Assembly (NCBI RefSeq): GCF_006345805.1
Contig: NC_043004.1
Span: forward strand, 92,194,001-92,258,000
Origin: Octopus sinensis
Taxonomy: Eukaryota
Reading direction: 5' to 3'
Length of the DNA stretch: 64,000 nt
Shown: positions 12,755-25,935 of the stretch, piece after piece
Layout: the number at the start of each line of letters is the position of its first letter
Position numbering within the stretch: the first letter of the stretch is position 1
Program-made: the position numbers and the translations under genes
The notes under the pieces: generated by a model
The model's input: only the letters and a program-made list of their open reading frames with translations
Told to the model about the DNA's origin: nothing
The model's database searches: none

Positions 12755-13161
12755 GCATATGGATGTATGTATATGTGTGTATGTATATGTTTGTATATAC
12801 ATATGTATATGTATATCCATACGTATATGCATATATATATATATATATAGATATTTCTACTTGCGGATTGATAATTACGTTTGATGGTCTCAGTTCTTTT
12901 ATCTGTTGTCGCTAAAGCGAAGGGTAACTGTTAGCTAAATAGGTAAGGTGTCTCCCAGACTTATAGTGTTGCCACTAATGAATGCAATCTAAATAATATA
13001 TGTCAATACATAGTACATGCAACGCCACATATAGACCGTGCAATGAACTAGACTGGTGGCCACAAGTGTTTCAAGTTCTAATTCGTAATTCATCCAAATC
13101 GAAAAAGGTGACGGATCATCCAGCTGTCGCCGGAAGGAAAATTGTTGTATATATATATATA

Positions 13162-13225
13162 TGGCGGTGCCCCAGCATGGTCACAGCTCGTGAGCTGAAA
13201 CTAGATAAAGATAAAGATAAAGATA
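13162..13225 (+). mobile_element. Very short retroposon 3' tail inserted at (TA)n
   Basis: tggcggtgccccagcatggtcacagctcgtgagctgaaactag(ataaag)n; a near-identical copy lies at 21684-21742. Confidence 0.75.
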
Positions 13226-13319
13226 TATAAACAATTCCTGGATTTTTACACCTACGGATTACTGTTACCATTCCTCCGGAGTACGCCACTGTAATCGTGA
13301 TTGGAAATCAAAAACATTT

Positions 13320-13565
13320 GTCCGTGACTCTTCCACTTTTTCCTCATCCTCTTTTACCTTTCTTCTTCTACTTCCACTTTTCCACTTGTGTCGCCACCAC
13401 TTGTACCGTTGGCGATTTTTTCCCTCTGTCTTCCCTTCTCTGGATATTTCCTTCTATGTCTCCGACGAAGAGCTCCGCTCGAAACGTTAAACCCTCCTTC
13501 TTTCCTTCTTTCCTGAGCGTCCAATAATACTATATTTGTTCTACGTCCTCGCGTTGTGATTTTTC
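13320..13565 (+). mobile_element. Penelope-like 3' remnant with hammerhead-like motif (CCGACGA core at 13462-13488)
   Basis: CCGACGA-A-GAGC(TCC)GCTC-GAAA-CG-TT; the same family occurs inverted at 61455-61615. Confidence 0.6.
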
Positions 13566-13702
13566 GTGCTTTCATGTTTAGATTAACTTTATATATATGT
13601 ATATATATATTTCAAATTTACAGAAAGCAAAAGACGAAGATAGGTATAGGAACAACAAGTAGGTGTATAACTTTAACGCCCAGAAAGAATGGGAAAATCT
13701 TA

Positions 13703-13730
13703 TACGTTTCGAGCCAAAACTCTTCGTCAG
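13703..13730 (-). ncRNA. Minimal hammerhead-like motif, canonical CUGACGA core
   Basis: Minus strand: CTGACGA-A-GAGT(TTTG)GCTC-GAAA-CG-TA; stem I is imperfect. Confidence 0.5.
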
Positions 13731-14305
13731 AAAGGATTAGGCGGCGGGGAAGCGTGGTTGTGTCGCCAGGAAGTTCGTTTTGCAGCCAGGCGTTTTGATG
13801 GTGCTGCACGGTATCTTCCCTTCTTCCGAATAATTCACGTAACCAGAACGTTATGACAAACTGAACTGCAACCCATCGGTTGTATGCGAGTATGCCCCTA
13901 TGTTTGTGCGAGTTTACTTCAAAATGCCTGAGATGGTCAAACAAGATTGCTACATTCAACAGAACTTCCACTAGTTACATACTTTCATCTGAATTACGTT
14001 TCTTTACGCTAAGGTCAACGTGACTCGACCCTTGTGATAAAACTACTGGAGTCGATTAAAGCTGACTGAATCCTTTGAACATATTGCACTAATATGGCCG
14101 CCCGGCAGCTATTGAAACCAAAGTAACGAAGCTATTTAAATTATAAAATCTTCTTTCTGTCTCTCCTGCTTTCTCTGTATATATGTATATCTGTATTATT
14201 ATGTATGTGTATAATGCATATTGTATATGCGCGCGCGTATGTGTGTGCATATACGTATATGTGTGTATATGTATGTATGCATACTAAGAACAAAATAATA
14301 TTTGC

Positions 14306-14352
<47 letters not shown>

Positions 14353-15254
14353 GTATGTATGTATATGTGCAATAGGAATGTTGCAAAATATTTGTGTAGT
14401 ACATGTGACCTTGTCCTATATAATCCGTCTCATCCAGACAATGCTTACTCTCCTCTTCTTTAACTTACACAGGAGTAAACACTCGCACCTACAGGGATGC
14501 TTGCATATGTGCACAGAGATGTTCAGACATACGTGTAGCTGTAAACAGGCACACGGACACAAAATATAACTAGAGATGGTCTTATTAATATGCAGACGTC
14601 ATAGGCACACACGAGCATATTCAATGTTGTAGACATATAATCACTCTTACACATAGAAAAATTCCCCCCTACACATACAAATACACACATACACACTCAT
14701 ATATATATATATACATACGCATTCATGAAACACACATAATCACAACAACATGCGGAATATGATATATTTACTCACATTCATACATTCGTACAGGCATATG
14801 CAGACGCAAAGCCACGCTAACACATACTAACACATACACACACATACACACTCACACACACACACATATACATACATACTCGCATACACATGCACAAGCA
14901 TCCATGTTTTAATCAATAAGATGATACATCTTATAAATCATTTGATGGTACCTGATTCACTGGAGGTTGCCTGGAAACGGAATGATTCACTCAGTCAACT
15001 CTTTCATTGAATGAATGAATAAATAAATGTGATCAGAAAAATAAATATGTTTGCCATTAATTGATGAAATATGGCGACACCTTGCGGCTGTTAACGCTGG
15101 TATGGAGAAGAACGACAACTCAACTAGTGTCATATTGGATCGCCACTATATCCCGACCCTGTCGTCCTACTGGCAGGGATTGCATTGTTTCAGAGGCTAC
15201 GTTTGGGCTGTTGTGGTTTTTATCCAGTGCCATGTTGTAGAGTTGTTCTATTAT

Positions 15255-15482
15255 TTAATGTTGTTGTTGGCATCCTTTTTGTCTCGGGAGACAATGGAGT
15301 TGCGCATAAAGTAGTCTAGTCCGGCTTTTACATTTCATGTCCTGATACATTTCCTGCTGTGGCTGTGTAGTCCTATCCTGGACAAACACTCCTTCTGGCA
15401 GGTACCGCAAATGTAGCGAAGACTGTTCCTGGCTGGTTGTAATGCCATAGTTTCTTGTTGACGTCTTTTCTTGTCTTTCCAT
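15255..15482 (-). mobile_element. 3' end of RTE-like LINE
   Basis: Minus frame YICGTCQKECLSRIGLHSHSRKC (C-terminal C2H2-like motif), then ccattgtctcccgagac..aggatgcc(aac)n tail. Confidence 0.8.
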
Positions 15483-15589
15483 TTCTCCTCTCTCTCTCTG
15501 TCACTCCTTTGTCACTCCTTTGTATTCCCTCTCTTACGGTACGTCGCCATTTAATGTTGTACAGGTGTGGTTTTCATTCACTACTGTAG

Positions 15590-16025
15590 TATAGGAGGGG
15601 GTGCAGAAAAGTTCCTGGCTTTAAGGGTCTCACGAAAGGACTGTTTGGGGGTCCTACCTTCCGAGTTTATTTTTTTTACGGGGCTTAGCAAAACTGAAAG
15701 ACCGTTGCAATAAATGTGTGAATATGAGAGGGGAATATGTTGAATAAAATCCTCCTGTATTTTCTTTGGCCTGGACAAAATGCTTAACACGTCGGACAAA
15801 ATGCTTAGCGGCATTTCTTACAGCTTTACATTCTGAGTTCAAATCATGCCGAGGTCGACTTCGCCTTTCATCCTTTCGCGGTTCAATAAAGTAAGGACCT
15901 AGTACTGGAGTCGATGTAATCAACTAGCTTCCCTCTCCCAAAATTCCAGGCCTGGTTGGAGGCCCAACATTCTGAATTCTTTTACAGGGCTTAGAAAAAC
16001 TGAAGGACTGTTGCAATAAGTGTAG
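15590..16025 (+). mobile_element. Mariner-derived MITE pieces interrupted by a SINE A copy (~15777-15935)
   Basis: TIR gaggggtgcagaaaagttcctgg as at 36228, plus a residual transposase end (K.LKDRCNKCVNMRGEYVE*). Confidence 0.7.
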
Positions 16026-16363
16026 TTGTAGTGTGCATTGAGGGTTATCGAACTGTGAAGCTGTGATGTTCATTGCGGTGTTGTACAGTTATGTTTATTC
16101 AGTTGTTATGTTAATTCAGTCGTGTATTGCACAGACGTGATGTTATTCCATTATACAGTTATAATGTTTATTCGTTACTGTGGTGTGCAGTTGTGATATT
16201 CATTCATTGCTCTAGTGTGTTGTGCTATGCTGTTATTATTGTTTCGATTTACAACTAGATCATCATTCTTTAAAAAAAACATATATTCGACAAATGTGAA
16301 CAGATAGCTTGTAGAGGTACAGTCTCATTGCCTCATAACCACATGGAGAGAGTACTTCAAGCT

Positions 16364-16412
<49 letters not shown>

Positions 16413-17099
16413 TATATATATATGGCAGACCTACAACCAACGTAGCCGTAAAGAGAAGCTTTGTAAAGGTGCAGTATACGTAAATGTAAATACGTGCCTG
16501 AGAGAGGTAAAGAGCATCCGAATGAAAAAATGTAACCCTTATAGAGGTGCTTGCATTTTAATAAATATGAAATGGTGTAAATAACTCCCATGTTGAAGTC
16601 CGGCTCACGTAATTGTAAATAGATACCACTGAAGTGTATACCTATTAACTATAAGTAGGTACCATATAATGATACAACCACGAAGTATCTTTTCTTTGAT
16701 GCAGCTAATATGATGATATAGCGGTTTCAATCGAGAAATTTCTGATCAAATGAGTTCTAACCATGGCCACCCAGTCGTTTGTATACTTAGAACTACATTC
16801 TACATCATGATTTTCCTTTTCCTAAGTGATTTTGAGAAGACTTGATTGCTATTTCTAGTAGGCTGAGCTATCATGTAGAGGCTCCTGCATTGGGTCTTGA
16901 GTGAACAGCTGTCAAAGAAAGATGTTGTCTACTTGCCTTTGGTAGGTATCTTAGTAAAACACAGTTTACATTAATGGCATCACGAAAAGCAGAGTTCAAC
17001 TACATGTAAATAAGTGTCGTAGAGAGAGACTGTTGCAAATAAGTACACATCAATTCAGTAAATTAGCAAGTATGCTGTATATATATTATCTACAGAGTG

Positions 17100-17580
17100 A
17101 CTCTTTACATACAGTGGTAGTCTAGTGCCTTATTCAGGCACAAGTTTGTCCCTTATCCATTCAACTGGAGATATATGTCGACTTCTTTTAATAGGTTGGA
17201 TTGGGAAACAGCCCTCTGAGACCGATGAGTTTGATGTGACCGGTGTTTGCTGTAGATGCAACATGACGGCTGCTGTAAAAAAATATGGGAAGAGGGGTTT
17301 TGCAGAGGGTTGACATCCAGGGAAAGAAGAACTGGATTATGCTGTTAGTGAGAGGACTTAGGTTAGGTTGGTTTTGGGCAGATACAGGTGAATGGTGCAT
17401 TGAAAGAAAAGACAAGTTAATGATGGGTGACTGAATGGAGGTAGCTCGAAACCAGTCATCTTCGAGGAGCAGTGGTCATTCTAAAAGTTACAAACAAGGC
17501 TCAGATGGAGACATGACGTCTTTGGGACAAAGGTTGGAGTGTGTTGGTGACTCAATAGTTGCCTGTGATATGGAATAGGA
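17100..17580 (-). mobile_element. Possible old LINE-derived fragment
   Basis: More GC-rich, interrupted minus-strand frames (GCFPIQPIKRSRHISPVEWIRDKLVPE); no diagnostic motif. Confidence 0.25.
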
Positions 17581-17998
17581 TTATAGTTATAATCATATTA
17601 CGTTTATAGTATTAAGCTTAAAGGATTAGCTTTATAGCGCGTCTCACCTACTTATCTTCTATATGCGGTGAATTGGAGATAATTAAACAGACATAAAGAT
17701 CGGTATTGTATTATTTCCTGGATAACAACGATCTGTGGGGGCGGCTGCTTAACTTCTAAACTTACCAACGAATCATTCATCAATTTCATGGTTCTCTCCC
17801 AGATTACAACGGAGTTATCTTATTCATCCCTGTGGTATCTACTTAAAAAAACTGGTTGTACTCAACCATGTATGTGTGTATGTGTGTGTGAGAGTGTGCG
17901 CGCTCGCGTGTAAATTATGTAACAACTCGTATTAATATATTCCATACACCTATGATTGTCTATTCATGTCCCCCTCTCTCTGTATAAATATATATATA

Positions 17999-18345
17999 TA
18001 TATTCTGTTGTGACTGGGGAGATTCATTCTTTTTTGGTACCTTATAATTCAACAGACTCACCGGTAAAATTTCCACTTCTTACTTTTTATTATTTTTATT
18101 TTTCTAAAATTTTATAAAATATTTTTCAATATGGAAAAGGTTGCAAGACGCAACGAAAATTTTAGAAAAATGAAAAAAAAAAACAAAGTAGAAAAGAAAT
18201 AATTGGAAATTTTACCCGCGTGTGTGTTAAATTATGAGGCACCAAAAGAGAATCACTCTACCCAGACACAACAGAATATGCTTCAACACACGAACTCATA
18301 TAAAGAATCTTGCAAACCAAATCCAAAAATGAAATATATACATAT
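17999..18345. mobile_element. Penelope-like inverted-repeat remnant (family also at 38605-38915)
   Basis: ~75-bp inverted arms (17999-18075 and ~18203-18278), next to (TA)n. Confidence 0.6.
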
Positions 18346-19384
18346 ATACAAAGTATTATTTTTGCTGGTGAGCAGATCACATAGAAATTCTTGGTTGACC
18401 CAGCAAATAATATCATATAATTGCATAATCTTCTGTTCCCCACAGGACCTTTTTCCTTTTATTTCAATGTGTCCATACAATGTCTAATTGTACATAAAAG
18501 TCTGTTCACAGAAGCTACATATAGCGTTTCAATGTTTCCACCTGCATATTAAAAGCAATATATAATGTTCATTGTTAACTATTGAGGAGAAACTAAATCT
18601 GTTTATTTTCTCTTAAAATCCACCAAAATACAATCCTATACAATTGTTATATTTGTACGAAGTACGTAACAGCATGATTACACAGCTCAATAACCAGCAC
18701 CAACAAAAAGGACTGCACTCAGACACGCTCAGCCACATGTATAGATCTGTGTGTGTGTGTATGTGTATGTGTGTGTGCATGTATGTGTGTGTGTGTGTGT
18801 GTGGGTGTATGTATGACTATGTATGGCACATATACATACATTGATATAAATGTGAGTGTGTGCATGTATGTGTGTGTGTGTGGTGTGTGTGTGTGTGTGT
18901 GTGCCTGCATACAAGCACATTGAGCAGCCATACGGGTATCAGGAAATTATACTTATTGTGCATATATATTAATTCATGAGGGAAGTCCATGTTTACACGT
19001 AGTTTGCTTAACAGCTATTTTTATGTACATGTCTTTATTAAAACTGACAGAATGGTCCATATGTGTCGTGAAACGTTTGCTGTACAGATATACGCAAATG
19101 TAAGCACGCATTCATCTATTGTTAAAGGTATAAATACACTTGTACATGTCCAACGAGGTTATTATTGTTCGCGGATGAATATTAAATAAGAATAATGCAG
19201 ACAGACAGACTCACATACACACACATACACACAACACTCACACACGCACACACAAATATGTATTTGTAGTAAGTGATTCCGTTAGATGCGGAAAGAACCA
19301 TAACGAAAGTACCCAATGAATCAATGAATTGTTGAGAATTCTTCGTAGATAGTCTCTATCGAACTGTCGAGGAATGCAGCAAAT

Positions 19385-19435
<51 letters not shown>

Positions 19436-19460
19436 ATTTTGTGTTTATCTACGTGAATGT

Positions 19461-19850
19461 GGTGGTGGAAGCACTCCGTCGGTTACGACGACGAGGGTTC
19501 CGGTTGATCCGAATCAACGGAACAGCCTGCTCGTGAAATTAATGTGTAAGTGGCTGAGCACTCCACAGACACGTGTACCCTTAACGTAGTTCTCGGGGAT
19601 ATTCAGCGTGACACAGAGAGTGACAAGGCCGGCCCCTTGAAATACAGGTACAACAGAAACAGGAAGTAAAAGTGAGAGAAAGTTGTGGTGAAAGAGTACA
19701 GCAGGGATCACCAGCATCCCCTGCCGGAGCCTCGTGGAGCTTTAGGTGTTTTCGCTCAATAAACACTCACAACGCCCGGTCTGGGAATCGAAACCGCGAT
19801 CCTATGACCGCGAGTCCGCTGCCCTAACCACTGGGCCATTGCGCCTCCAC
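19461..19850 (-). mobile_element. Full-length SINE family C with 12-bp TSD
   Basis: A box tggcccagtggttag, B box ggtttcgattccc, TSD CTACGTGAATGT at 19449-19460 and 19851-19862. Confidence 0.92.
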
Positions 19851-21571
19851 CTACGTGAATGTATGTTTGTACAAAAGCTATCCTTTGTTAGGCTCTTTTG
19901 AGCGTCTGTAGAATGCGTCGCGACATTTGTCCCGGCTTGCTCTACTTGAAGTTCAAATCTCGCTGACACCCGCCTTGCTTTTGATCAATTCGGAGTCAAT
20001 GCAAAACACTACAATCTTAGTGTTGATGTACCCTGTTTCCAATTTTCATGCTGAAAAATGCCTTCAACGCGGTGTCTCGGAATGGCTACATTCTCTACTT
20101 ATAAGGCACTCTTAAAAATTCTCTCTCTCTCTTATATGCATAGTCACACATATAAATGAGTTCACATTCCCTCTCGCAACTGTTTTCCATTCATTATTTA
20201 CATCCATCAATTTCCTTCCATATGTTCAAGTCTGCAACTAATGAGGTTTTAGTGCAGCTGTTCTCACTGTCTGACGTCTCTAAGTATTATCGATACATAC
20301 ATCGAAACATCACAATAATCATTGCTAGCATTGTCAGCATCAGCACCGTCAGCGTCATCACCATCATCATCCTACTGGTCGTCGTATTCAACATCGTCAT
20401 CATTATCAACACCGCTATCCTCAATATCATTTTCCACAATGGTTTCTCTTGCACACGTAATATAAAAATGGGTAGTCTTATTTCAAATTTCGCCTTTACC
20501 TTTTTTATGATACCCAACAGCTCCCTCTTAATTCCTCCCACATTTTTTGCTCACCTTGAAGATAAGAGAAATTTATTTTGTTATATACATGTTGTGTAGC
20601 CATTTATATCATCATTTATTTTTTACTTGATACTTTTGTAGTCCTACAGCAGATATCTTATTATTTTCTACTTACACTTGCGATGAAATCCCTCTCATAT
20701 GTTCATGATAAACATACATTTTTATATATCGACGTTTTGGATGTACGCTCTAAATTATGTCATTATTTTCCTTGTTTCCCTATTTAGTTGATAAATTTTA
20801 TGGTTGTAACTTATTACAGTAAAAGCTTGTATGCTGATACCTATTACCATATTTTTTGCATTTAGCAGTGTTTCATATACCAAGCGGATACGGCAATTAT
20901 ATTCCTTCGTAGTAAGCATTTATATTTGCATCATGTCTATTATATTATGCTAGGCAAAGCTAACAATCTAGAGATAAAGAAAAAGATACGCAGAGCAGCA
21001 TCCCCCACCGGATTTTTTTCCTAATAAGTATTGAGTTTTCCGTTTTTAGAACTCACCCAATTGTTTGGATAGTTTAAATTACTTTTCTTTCACTAGTGGC
21101 ACGTTTGATGTACATGCTTGTTATTATTATCTTTTTCATGACCAGTATTTCTTCAATTCCCAATTTGAAAATATTATCCAGTTCCTTCTCGTAAACAATC
21201 CATGACATATGAGGATCATTTTTTTCTTTTATAGTGTTTAGTTACTATATTCTTGATGAGTTACTGATCATAATTTCCCGCCAAGCCTTGTGGCATCACA
21301 TGTCATGAAGGTGTTATATTTTTCTCTTGAAGAGCATCTATATGCGCGATAAGATGAGAAGCTTAATTGCCCGTTGCTGGAAATTCATCTTTTATCTATT
21401 ACTTATTTTAATCATTGCTCTGCAGCAATGCTGGAGCACCGCCATGAAGGGTTTTATTCGAACAAGTCAAATTCAGCACTTGATTTTTATGTCTGGTATT
21501 TATCATGTCGGTGTATTTTGCCGACTCGGTATTTTTTCGGAGACGCAACGCAAACGAAACAACACCGACAA

Positions 21572-21673
<102 letters not shown>

Positions 21674-21683
21674 GGCGTTTAAA

Positions 21684-21742
21684 TGGCGGTGCCCCAGCAT
21701 GGCCACAGCTCGTGAGCTGAAACTGGATAAAATAAAATAAAA
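21684..21742 (+). mobile_element. Short retroposon 3' tail at (TA)n (same as 13162)
   Basis: Sequence identity to 13162-13225. Confidence 0.75.
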
Positions 21743-21759
21743 TATATATATACGACCGA

Positions 21760-21910
21760 TTTCCGCACAGTTTTCGTCTACTAATTTCACAAGGCATTGG
21801 TCTGCTTGGGGCTCTAGTAGAAGACAAATACCCAAGGTATCGAGCAGTGAGACTGAACCCGAGACTACTTTATTGTAAACCGAGCTTCTTAATTACTCAG
21901 CCATACCTGC
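21760..21910 (-). mobile_element. SINE B 5' fragment
   Basis: Similar to 55790-55938. Confidence 0.7.
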
Positions 21911-22461
21911 CTGAGTTTTTGTTTTATTTTTGTTTTTTGTTTTTTAATATAAGGTTATTCATTCTCTTCATGAGTTATTCTGGCTTCGTTTTTATCTCTT
22001 TCAGTAAATCGTTGAATATCGTGAAATATTCTAATGTAAACCTTGACACTTGTTGACTACTTCCTCATGTTCTTTGCTATCTGAGCAATCCATTGAATAC
22101 TTATTTCTCCTCCCATGTTTCTTCTGACATTGTGCTTATCGACTCTAATGATTTCACCCGAAGTCATTCACTGTCCATAGTCTCCTTCCGTCAAGATCTT
22201 CGCTCGCTGTCAGATTCGTTTATTTCATTTTACACGATCCTTAAAAATGACTAGTTCTGCAACACACACAAATACTGATATAACCTCCTACCTAATTTTC
22301 CCCAACCAAAGAAAAATACAAATACATAAAGTGTACAAGTAGAGAACAGGTGAATCGACGGTCACTTCGAAAGTGATTGTCGATTATTAGAATTATTAAT
22401 GTATGATTCTATATTTGTAGTGAGTTTTTCTTTCGGTTAATGTTTACAGTTTTTTTCACTA

Positions 22462-22496
<35 letters not shown>

Positions 22497-22749
22497 GTGT
22501 GTGTGTGTTCTAGATATTTCGAGACACGTGCCACAAATCTTGTGGAGGTGAAAGTTTGTCTTGATCTAATATAATTTTCAAGTATACATGATAAAATCTC
22601 TACGCCCACGTACATGTCAACATTTTTTTGTGATCTATAGATGCAGCCTGTGGAAGCCATTACTAAAACTGTAAAGTGAATTTATGATTTATAGTTGAAA
22701 ATGTCCGAAAAATAGAAGCAAAAAAAATAACAATATTCAAAGGCGATAT

Positions 22750-22781
<32 letters not shown>

Positions 22782-23164
22782 ATATGGTATTTACGTTGAC
22801 AAAATATACATTAAAAAATATTTTGTATATGATATCAGTCGATGAGATAACTTTTCAAAGAAGATTTTAAAGTGACAAAACCCAAAACAATTACTTTATT
22901 AATAGCATAATAAACTTTGGATGAAAAGAGAAAAAGTTGTTGTTGAATATGGCTCAATAAAATAAATCAGATATCGGTATTATGCTTCTCCAAATTCGAT
23001 ATATATTTTGTTTAGTATAGGGGAAAGCAGTTAATGATGGATTTCACTGCTATTTCATGCAGGTTGAATATGAAAATGAATGTTATGCGTAGAACATGAA
23101 TAAGATTACGTCGTTGATTCATCCCAGAACACTAACGAAAACAGTCACATAATAGGACCATAAG

Positions 23165-23330
23165 GCCGCGAGCTGGCAGAATCGTGAGCAACCCGGGCAA
23201 AATGCTTAGCCCGTCTTTACGTTCTGAATTCAAATTCTGCCGAGTTCGACTTTGCATTTCATACTTTCAGGGCCAATAAATAAGTACCAATCGAGCACTT
23301 GGGCTGATGTAATCGATTAGCCCCCCTTCT
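23165..23330 (+). mobile_element. SINE family A
   Basis: gagctggcagaatcg...aaatgcttag...gttctgaattcaaattctgccgag. Confidence 0.85.
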
Positions 23331-23477
23331 CCAAAATTACTATCCTTGAGTCAAAATTTGAAACCAATATTAGAACACTATCCCTTTCACCCAGTCAAGA
23401 TGCATCTGCAGTAACTAAAAATGAAATTGGTTTCAAATTTTACCAGAAGAGCATTTTTGGGGGGTGGGGGTTGATAG

Positions 23478-23822
23478 TCGATTACATAGACCTCTGTGTT
23501 TCCCTGCTACTTAATTTATCGACCCCGAAATGATAAAAGACAAAGTCGTCCTCAGAGAAATTTGAACTCAGAACGTAGCGGTAGACGAAATACCTATTTC
23601 TTTACTACCCACAAGGGGCTAAACACAGAGAGGACAAACAAGGACAGACAAACGGATTACATCGACCCCATTGCGTAACTGGTACTTAATCTATCGACCC
23701 TGAAAGGATGAAAGGCAAAGTCGACCTCGGCGTAATTTGAACTCAGAACGTAGCGGCAGACGAAATACCGCTAAGCATTTCGCCCGGCGAAATACCACTA
23801 AGAGTTATGCCAGCTCGTTGCC
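23478..23822 (-). mobile_element. SINE A copy with a nested long-tail A' copy (23595-23787)
   Basis: (C)GAAATACC is duplicated at 23586-23594 and 23788-23796; tail reads cccacaaggggctaaac. Confidence 0.75.
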
Positions 23823-24094
23823 TGAAAAATAAAAAATACTACAATATGAATGTATGAATACAATGATAATACTACAATATCACATGCACATTATCCCTCC
23901 CATTCAGTTCAATCATATTAACAACACCCCAGAACACTACGACAGCACTTTCTCTTTCCCTCAGTTCAAACACAGCTACAGACACTAGAATACTATTACA
24001 ACTCTAACCCTTTCACTCAGACCAGACATATCTACAGCACACAAAAACACTACCTGGTGCGTTTAAATATCTGCAGAAGGCCAACCAATGTAAG

Positions 24095-24272
24095 GGGGAG
24101 GTGCTAAGTCCTTTACATCGGCTCCAGTGTTCCACTGGTTCTTATGTTATCAACTTCCAAAGGATGAACGGCAAAGTTAACTTTGCAGAAATTGAACTCA
24201 GAACTTAAACTCGCAATAAATGCTGCCATGTATTTTGTCCGACGCGGTAAGGATCCTGCCAGATTGCCACCT
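24095..24272 (-). mobile_element. SINE family A (diverged)
   Basis: Similar to the family consensus. Confidence 0.75.
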
Positions 24273-24444
24273 TATAAACCCTATATAATCATTATATTTC
24301 TATCACTCCCATTCAACCAAGAGGAATATATTTTTTTTAAAAACCCGGCCATAAGAGGAGCATTCACCGCATTAGATAACAATATTATACTGAAATGGTG
24401 TTGCCTGATGAAAGGCTATTCGGTTGCGATCACTGCTGCTGCTG

Positions 24445-24489
<45 letters not shown>

Positions 24490-25134
24490 TGACTTGAGGA
24501 GTATTTAGTCAAATTCCCCTGTCTTAAACATAAGTACGTTAACGAAATTTGTTTAGGATGTGCAAACTCAATATTTCACTTAAAAATGTTTATATTGACT
24601 TGTAAGCCTGTAATAAACATGGTAGTATATGATGGTTGGAAAACGAAATAGTGTCCCCTTGCTAGGTGTTCAAAGTGTTTTCTTTGATCGCCTCTCCTCC
24701 CACAAATTTTAGGGGGTGAACTTAAAACCCCTGCAACCCTTGGTCCTGAGCCTATCTTTAAACAAATAAACAAAGGCATGCTAAATAATACTTTCATACA
24801 TGGACGAAAAAGATATGGCTGCACAGCCTTTGATCAAAGTTGTGCTTGATCAGGGCTGACTTCGGATGACAAAAACAACAACAACGACGACGACTGCAAC
24901 AACAACAACAACAACAACAACAACAACTGCAACAATAAGAACAACAGGATTAATAGTGCTTAACTTCACCAGTACTCACCACTCTGAATTCAAAACTAAC
25001 TTTGGCATTAATCCTTCTGAGGTTAACACATTGACATGCTGATATCAGGATACGATGTCTCTGATTGCAATCCAAACTGGTTCTGGATTATTCTATCCTA
25101 ATTAGAGATCCTATCTCTGTTTTTAATGTATTCA

Positions 25135-25269
25135 CAAAAAAAAACAGGTTGATTTCTGTAAAAAAAAACAAAAACAAACAAATAAACAACGATCATATGA
25201 CCAAAAAAAAAACAGGTTGATTTCTGTAAAAAGAAAAACAAACAAACAAATAAACAACGATCATATGAC
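25135..25269. repeat. ~67-bp tandem duplication
   Basis: caaaaaaaaacaggttgatttctgtaaaa...gatcatatgac occurs twice. Confidence 0.9.
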
Positions 25270-25309
25270 AGAGACGTTGTGTAATTTTGTTTTTAATATT
25301 CATCCTCTT

Positions 25310-25870
25310 CAAGCTAGTGAGCTGCTAGAATTTTAGCGCATCAGACAAAATACTTAGTGACCACTTCTTCTGACTCTTTATGTGCTAAACTCAAATCCCA
25401 GATTGCCTTTTATCCTTTTCAGGCCTTTTGTCTCTTTCAGAGAGAGAATAAAAAACCCCATCCTCTTAGCGATGCCAAGAAGGATAATCTAAAATAATAT
25501 AGTCCAAAATGAACTTTGTAAAGTAAAATGTAGGTTGGTAGATTCGATAGTGCCTCGCATTATTTTTTCCAGCTCTATACGTTCTGATATCAAACCACGC
25601 CGAGGTTGTTTCGTTGACCACCTTCATGGGGATCGATAATATAATCTACCAGTTAAATAGTAGGGTCCTAAATTTTCAGCTTCCTGCCTATCTTAAAAAC
25701 AATTGTTATCTTTATTAGAGTGGCGAGCAAACAGAATCGTTCCCATTCCGGACAAAATGCTTTGCGGCATTTCTTCTGTCTTTATCTTCAGAGTTCCCAT
25801 ATCACCGAGGTCGATTTTAGCTCCCATCCTTTCGAGATTTTATCTCCCATCCCCTCTGCCACAAAATTAC
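25310..25870 (+). mobile_element. Three degenerate SINE A copies in tandem orientation
   Basis: Heads at ~25315, ~25550 and ~25718. Confidence 0.6.
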
Positions 25871-25935
25871 AGACCTTTTGCCTATAGTAGCAAGAATTAT
25901 TTTTATTATTATTATTGTTGTTGTTGTTGTTGGTG

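Noticed and set aside
19770-19850. tRNA-like sequences (also at 33595, 43690, 56880, 59765)
   Set aside because: A/B boxes are present but they continue into SINE bodies, some with TSDs, so they are not tRNA genes
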